DNA from: Deltaproteobacteria bacterium | GTDB lineage: Bacteria; Desulfobacterota; Syntrophorhabdia; Syntrophorhabdales; JANXAF01 | Length of the DNA stretch: 64,000 bases | Assembly: GCA_026417175.1 (NCBI GenBank) | Contig: JAOADT010000006.1 | Span: 5,031-69,030, forward strand | Direction: 5' to 3' | In this document: positions 59,886 through 64,000 of the stretch, one piece after another | Position numbering within the stretch: position 1 is the first letter of the stretch | How the letters are laid out: each line of letters opens with the position of its first letter | The notes under the pieces: generated by a model | What the model was told of the DNA's origin: nothing | Seen by the model: only the letters and a program-made list of their open reading frames with translations | The model's database searches: none | Program-made: the position numbers and the translations under genes

Positions 59886-60657
59886 CACCATAGATGTCTT
59901 ATTCTTAGGAGATGTAATAGGAAAACCTGGAAGATTGGCAGTTAAGGAGTTCGGAAAGAAAAAAGAAGCTGACTTTCTCATCATAAATGGAGAGAATCTT
60001 GCAGGTGGCATAGGGGTCACGCCTAAAGTAGCAGAAGAGATGTTTTCTTGCGGTGTGGATGCTATAACCACAGGAAATCATGTGTGGAAGAAGAAAGATA
60101 TACTATCCTATCTTTCTTACGAAAAGAGATTGCTTAGGCCACTTAACTATCCGCCCGAAACCCCGGGATCTGGATTTACCATAATCAAGAAAGGTGAAAA
60201 AGCAATTTGCATTGTAAATATAGAAGGAAGAATATTCATGAATCCTCTTTTCTGTCCGTTTCGGACAATGATCGATTTTTTGGAGAGAGAAGGGATTGGA
60301 TTACCTATCATTGTTGACTTTCACGCAGAGGCCACTTCTGAAAAAATAGCTATGGGTTGGTTTCTAGATGGAAAAGTCTCTGCTGTTATCGGTACACATA
60401 CGCACGTACAAACATCGGATGAAAAGATTCTTCCCAATGGGACAGGATATATTACCGATGCAGGAATGACCGGTCCACAAGATTCAGTCATAGGAATGGA
60501 CAAAACCGTTATAATAGAGAGGTTTTTGACACAGATTCCACAGAAGTTTGCCGTAGGAAAAGATAACGTTGAGGTTCAAGGGGTACGACTAAAGATAGAT
60601 ATGAACACAAAAAAATGTATTGACATACAAAGAGTGAAGGTGAAAGTGGAAATATGA
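59875..60657 (+). CDS. ymdB: YmdB-like metallophosphoesterase (2',3'-cyclic-nucleotide phosphodiesterase family)
   Basis: 260 aa. [21 protein letters not shown], and GNH motifs. Conserved rny-ymdB pairing. Confidence 0.88.
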   Translation: MQDSTIDVLFLGDVIGKPGRLAVKEFGKKKEADFLIINGENLAGGIGVTPKVAEEMFSCGVDAITTGNHVWKKKDILSYLSYEKRLLRPLNYPPETPGSGFTIIKKGEKAICIVNIEGRIFMNPLFCPFRTMIDFLEREGIGLPIIVDFHAEATSEKIAMGWFLDGKVSAVIGTHTHVQTSDEKILPNGTGYITDAGMTGPQDSVIGMDKTVIIERFLTQIPQKFAVGKDNVEVQGVRLKIDMNTKKCIDIQRVKVKVEI

Positions 60658-61895
60658 GGGACATAAGTATAGAAAAGGAAATAGAGATAATTAAAAGAGG
60701 TTCAGTAGACCTCATCTCCGAGGGAGAACTAAAAGAAAAGCTCATTAGAGCACGTAAAGACAATAGACCATTAAGGGTTAAACTTGGACTTGATCCAACT
60801 GCACCTGACTTACATCTTGGCCACACGGTAGTACTTCAAAAGCTTAAGCAATTTCAAGATCTAGGGCACACAGCCATCTTTCTGATTGGTGATTTTACAG
60901 GTATGATAGGTGATCCTACGGGAAGGATTGAAACCAGACCTGCCCTCAGTAAAGAGGAACTTCTGAAGAATGCTGAGACCTATAAGGCTCAGGTATTTAA
61001 AATTCTGGATCCCAAAAGGACGGAGGTAAGATTCAATAGTGAATGGTTCGAGAAGATGAGCGCCGCTGACATGGTAAAACTCTGTGCTAAATATACAGTC
61101 GCTAGGATGATGGAAAGGGAGGATTTTAGAACGAGATACGAGAACAATCTTCCTATAAGTATACATGAATTCCTTTATCCTCTTGTGCAGGCGTATGATT
61201 CAGTCGCACTAGCCGCAGACGTAGAACTTGGAGGCCAAGACCAGATATTTAACTTATATGTTGGAAGAGAGATTCAGAGAGCCTATGGGCAGGAATCTCA
61301 GATCATAGTAACCGTTCCTCTGCTTGAAGGAATAGACGGTGTAAATAAAATGAGTAAAAGTTATGGAAATTACGTGGGAATCGATGAGCCACCAGATGTG
61401 ATGTTTGGAAAACTGATGTCCATTTCAGACGAACTGATGCTCAAATATTATGAGCTTCTAAGTGACATATCCATAGATGAGCTGAATATTCTTAAAGAAG
61501 GGATACGCGAGGGTAAAATACATCCAAGGCAGGCTAAGATAAATCTAGCCAAAGAAATAGTTGCTAGATTTCACGGGATCAAGAATGCAGAAGACGCACA
61601 CATGAACTTTGAAAAAATCCATAAGGAAAAACAGATTCCCGAAAATATACCTGTAATTTCTGTTAAAAAGACGACAGAAAAAATACAGGTTCCACTCTTT
61701 CTTAAAGAAGCGGGAATTGTATCTTCTATTTCGGAAGGAAGAAGGCTTTTATCGCAGGGAGGAATAAGGATTTCATATGGCGATGCCAATGTTCTTCAAA
61801 AGTTAAACGATGAATGGATAAGCATTGGAAACTTCAGCCAGATCGTATTCAAGGTTGGAAAAAGAAAATTTCTCAGAGTTGTTTTTGAAACTTGA
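60654..61895 (+). CDS. tyrS: Tyrosyl-tRNA synthetase
   Basis: 413 aa. HLGH and KMSKS motifs plus a C-terminal S4-like domain. ATGA overlap with ymdB. Confidence 0.92.
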   Translation: MRDISIEKEIEIIKRGSVDLISEGELKEKLIRARKDNRPLRVKLGLDPTAPDLHLGHTVVLQKLKQFQDLGHTAIFLIGDFTGMIGDPTGRIETRPALSKEELLKNAETYKAQVFKILDPKRTEVRFNSEWFEKMSAADMVKLCAKYTVARMMEREDFRTRYENNLPISIHEFLYPLVQAYDSVALAADVELGGQDQIFNLYVGREIQRAYGQESQIIVTVPLLEGIDGVNKMSKSYGNYVGIDEPPDVMFGKLMSISDELMLKYYELLSDISIDELNILKEGIREGKIHPRQAKINLAKEIVARFHGIKNAEDAHMNFEKIHKEKQIPENIPVISVKKTTEKIQVPLFLKEAGIVSSISEGRRLLSQGGIRISYGDANVLQKLNDEWISIGNFSQIVFKVGKRKFLRVVFET

Positions 61896-61959
61896 TGTGA
61901 GCTTGACATAGTGAGCTTACCTGTAGTTAACTAATTAATTAAAAAATTAAAGTGCAAAA

Positions 61960-62032
61960 TCCCCGGTAGCTCAACGGCAGTAGCGGCGGGCTGTTAACCC
62001 GTAGGTTGCAGGTTCGAATCCTGCCCGGGGAG
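61960..62032 (+). tRNA. tRNA-Asn (GTT)
   Basis: 73 nt. Acceptor UCCCCGG/CCGGGGA, anticodon loop CUGUUAA, T-arm GCAGG-UUCGAAU-CCUGC. No encoded CCA. Confidence 0.9.
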
Positions 62033-62114
62033 CTTTTATGATCTATAGTTCTTTCATACAGCTTAATTATCCTACCCACATTAAAGAATTTTTATAGAAC
62101 TTGAAACCTTCGGT

Positions 62115-62186
62115 ATGGAGAATTATATTCTATTTGAATTCTTAAAAATTTTAGAGAACGTGCAACCGACAGATAACAATTTATGA
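62115..62186 (+). CDS. Speculative 23-aa ORF coupled to the rSAM/SPASM gene
   Basis: MENYILFEFLKILENVQPTDNNL. Its TGA overlaps the downstream ATG (ATGA). No convincing SD and no Cys. Confidence 0.12.
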   Translation: MENYILFEFLKILENVQPTDNNL

Positions 62187-63205
62187 ATTATAAAACGCCC
62201 CATAACAAACTCCAAAAACCTCCCGTTCACGTTGGATGGATCATTACCACGAAGTGTAATATAAATTGTATGCATTGCTATTCTTCTAAATTCGGTGAAG
62301 AAGAGCTAGAAGACGAAAAGAAATTCTTGCTAGTCAAAGAATTAAGCGAAGCTGGTGTGAAAAAAGTCGATTTAACAGGGGGAGAAATTTTTATTTTACC
62401 CAACATTTTAGACCTGATAGGCTATATCAGTTCATTAGGAATAGAACTTACGATTTTTACAAATGGGACTTTGCTAACAGCAGGGGTGGTGGAACTTCTT
62501 TCCAATTATCAACCAAACATAGTATTAAGCCTTGACGGAGCCAAAAAGGAAACACACGAGACACTTAGGGGGAAAAATTCTTGGGAAAAGGTTATGAATG
62601 CTGCTAGACTTTTAAAAGAGCGAGGAATTTTCTTTTCCACACTTACTGCAATAAACGGATATAATTACACTGAAGTTGAAGAGCAGATTCTTCTGGCAAA
62701 GGAAATTGGTGCAAAAAAGGTATCATTTATTCTTACCATGCCCGTGGGTCGCGCATCTGATATCATGATTCTAACCCATAATCAGATTGTAGAAGTCCTC
62801 AAAAGGATCAATGCTGCTGCAAACAATACTCAATTTCCAGTAACGCTCTGTTGTATGCCTTTTGCAGACCTCTGGGTTGACTCTGAGTATGTTACAATCG
62901 AACACTGTAGAACTGACGAACCTGAAATAATAGACATTGACCCTTTAGGAAATCTTTTACTTTGTGACGTGTCTGAGTTTTGTTACTCTAACATTTTAAA
63001 GACCGGTTTTTTGTCTGCACTAAAAAAACAGGAGGAGGATACTCTTTATTTATCTATTTTTAACCCCGAGCTTGAGGAGCCTTGCTTAAAGTGTGAAAAC
63101 AGTGAAAAATGCAAAGGCGGCTGTTATTCAAGAGCAGAAGCTTACGGAAATATACTTAGTCCCGATCCTCTCTGCCCAAAAGTGGGAAAATTCAGAGTAT
63201 TATAA
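62183..63205 (+). CDS. Radical SAM enzyme with full SPASM domain (peptide/cofactor maturase-like)
   Basis: 340 aa. CNINCMHC (CxxxCxxC). SPASM pattern C-x13-G-x4-C, then CLKCENSEKCKGGC (Cx2Cx5Cx3C), and a final DPLCP. Confidence 0.7.
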   Translation: MNYKTPHNKLQKPPVHVGWIITTKCNINCMHCYSSKFGEEELEDEKKFLLVKELSEAGVKKVDLTGGEIFILPNILDLIGYISSLGIELTIFTNGTLLTAGVVELLSNYQPNIVLSLDGAKKETHETLRGKNSWEKVMNAARLLKERGIFFSTLTAINGYNYTEVEEQILLAKEIGAKKVSFILTMPVGRASDIMILTHNQIVEVLKRINAAANNTQFPVTLCCMPFADLWVDSEYVTIEHCRTDEPEIIDIDPLGNLLLCDVSEFCYSNILKTGFLSALKKQEEDTLYLSIFNPELEEPCLKCENSEKCKGGCYSRAEAYGNILSPDPLCPKVGKFRVL

Positions 63206-63295
63206 AAAATATTTGACAAGTTGGGCAAGTTTTGTTAAAAAAGTCACATGATTGGCTTTTCGATTAGAAATTTTTTAAGTTCCAAAAAAAAATTC

Positions 63296-63324
63296 TTGAC
63301 ATAATACAAAAAAAAGTTTATAGT
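63296..63324 (+). promoter_or_regulatory. Near-consensus sigma70-like promoter
   Basis: TTGACA (63296-63301), 17-nt spacer, TATAGT (63319-63324). Confidence 0.55.
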
Positions 63325-63330
63325 TATAGC

Positions 63331-63437
63331 AGAGATTGTGTTTAACTTCACAATCTCTTAAAAAAGCCAATCACCTCCATTAAGCTTCTCATAATAACCC
63401 CCCTTCCCCCTGGGAATTACCCAGGGGGTTTTTATTT
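63331..63437 (+). ncRNA. Candidate small RNA or tolQ leader (promoter to intrinsic terminator)
   Basis: 10-bp perfect hairpin (63331-63358), an unpaired CACCUCC (63372-63378), and a terminator hairpin with U-run. No ORF longer than about 13 codons. Confidence 0.45.
63406..63437 (+). terminator. Rho-independent terminator
   Basis: CCCCCTGGG-AATTA-CCCAGGGGG (9-bp GC-rich stem) followed by TTTTTATTT. Confidence 0.7.
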
Positions 63438-63471
63438 GAAAATAATAGGGGTCATATTGTATATTTAGAGC

Positions 63472-64000
63472 ATGTCGTTTCTGGATATGTTTTCTGGCGG
63501 CATAATTGCAATGATTATCCACGCGGGACCCATAGCAAAAGCGGTAATGGCTATTCTTCTTTTTTTTTCAGTGGTCTCTTGGACGATAATCTTCTTCAAA
63601 ATAAGACAGTTCAATCAAATGGAGAGAGATGGAAATCGAATAATTACCCTTTTGGAAGAAGCAGATTCTTTTAAAAAACTCGTTGGAGCATTAAGATCTA
63701 TGGATGACAGCCCTTATTACAAAATAATTCTGTCCGTCTATAAGGCTCTTAGTACCTTTTCTAGAGAAAATCCAGTGCTCGACAAAAATGGAATTTTAGA
63801 TTTGCAAAGAAAATTGAGAATTTTCGCCCAGGAAGAAAATGAAAGAATAGAAAAATATCTGTCTTTTTTAGCAACAACGGCAAACACGGCTCCTTTTGTT
63901 GGACTATTTGGGACTGTATGGGGAATAATGGAATCATTCAGAGAGATCGGCTTAAGAGGGACCACGAGTCTTGCTGTCGTGGCGCCTGGGATTAGCGAGG
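63472..64000 (+). CDS. tolQ: TolQ/ExbB/MotA-family proton channel protein (3' truncated by window edge)
   Basis: ATG at 63472, open to the window end. MSFLDMF...PIAKAVMAILLFFSVVSWTIIFFK and LATTANTAPFVGLFGTVWGIM are hallmark TolQ/ExbB motifs. Absent from the track because no stop lies in the window. Confidence 0.85.
   Translation, partial: MSFLDMFSGGIIAMIIHAGPIAKAVMAILLFFSVVSWTIIFFKIRQFNQMERDGNRIITLLEEADSFKKLVGALRSMDDSPYYKIILSVYKALSTFSRENPVLDKNGILDLQRKLRIFAQEENERIEKYLSFLATTANTAPFVGLFGTVWGIMESFREIGLRGTTSLAVVAPGISE

Noticed and set aside
61896-63471. tRNA-Asn-adjacent region as a possible integrated mobile element or genomic island.
   Set aside because: No integrase, no transposase, no direct repeat of the tRNA 3' end, and no compositional break that I can see. 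The flanking genes (tyrS, tolQ) are core.

Overview
Dense, mostly core-genome window from an AT-rich, probably thermophilic anaerobic bacterium; lineage cannot be fixed by eye. Supporting signs are K/E/I-rich proteins, indolepyruvate:ferredoxin oxidoreductase, a DapL-type aminotransferase, and RNA genes that stand out as GC-rich islands. Housekeeping content: secDF, serS, coaD, coaBC, mreBCD-mrdA-rodA, tsaD, rsmA, tldD, aspS, prfB (programmed +1 frameshift), zapB/zapA, rny, tyrS and tolQ (partial). Four RNA genes are invisible to the ORF track: RNase P RNA (48146-48510, -), 6S RNA (58013-58187, +), tRNA-Met(CAT) and tRNA-Asn(GTT). I saw no CRISPR array, transposase, integrase, rRNA or recognisable defence system. 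The atypical part is about 30.9-46.1 kb. It holds a two-gene radical-SAM operon (one enzyme with a split Cys motif) behind a GC-rich leader, three unusually long ORF-free gaps (1.1, 0.58 and 0.35 kb), and a signalling cluster with two REC-HD-GYP proteins, an HDOD protein and a histidine-kinase phosphorelay. Other points worth follow-up: a promoter-to-terminator structured RNA upstream of tolQ; an orphan rSAM/SPASM maturase; a leuA/leuCD/leuB-like operon that reads better as Re-citrate synthase/aconitase/ICDH, with a Cache-like C-terminal domain on the synthase; and an RNase HI CDS ending about 70 nt inside rnpB. No single complete novel system is proven. All calls come from motif reading by eye, with no database searches.
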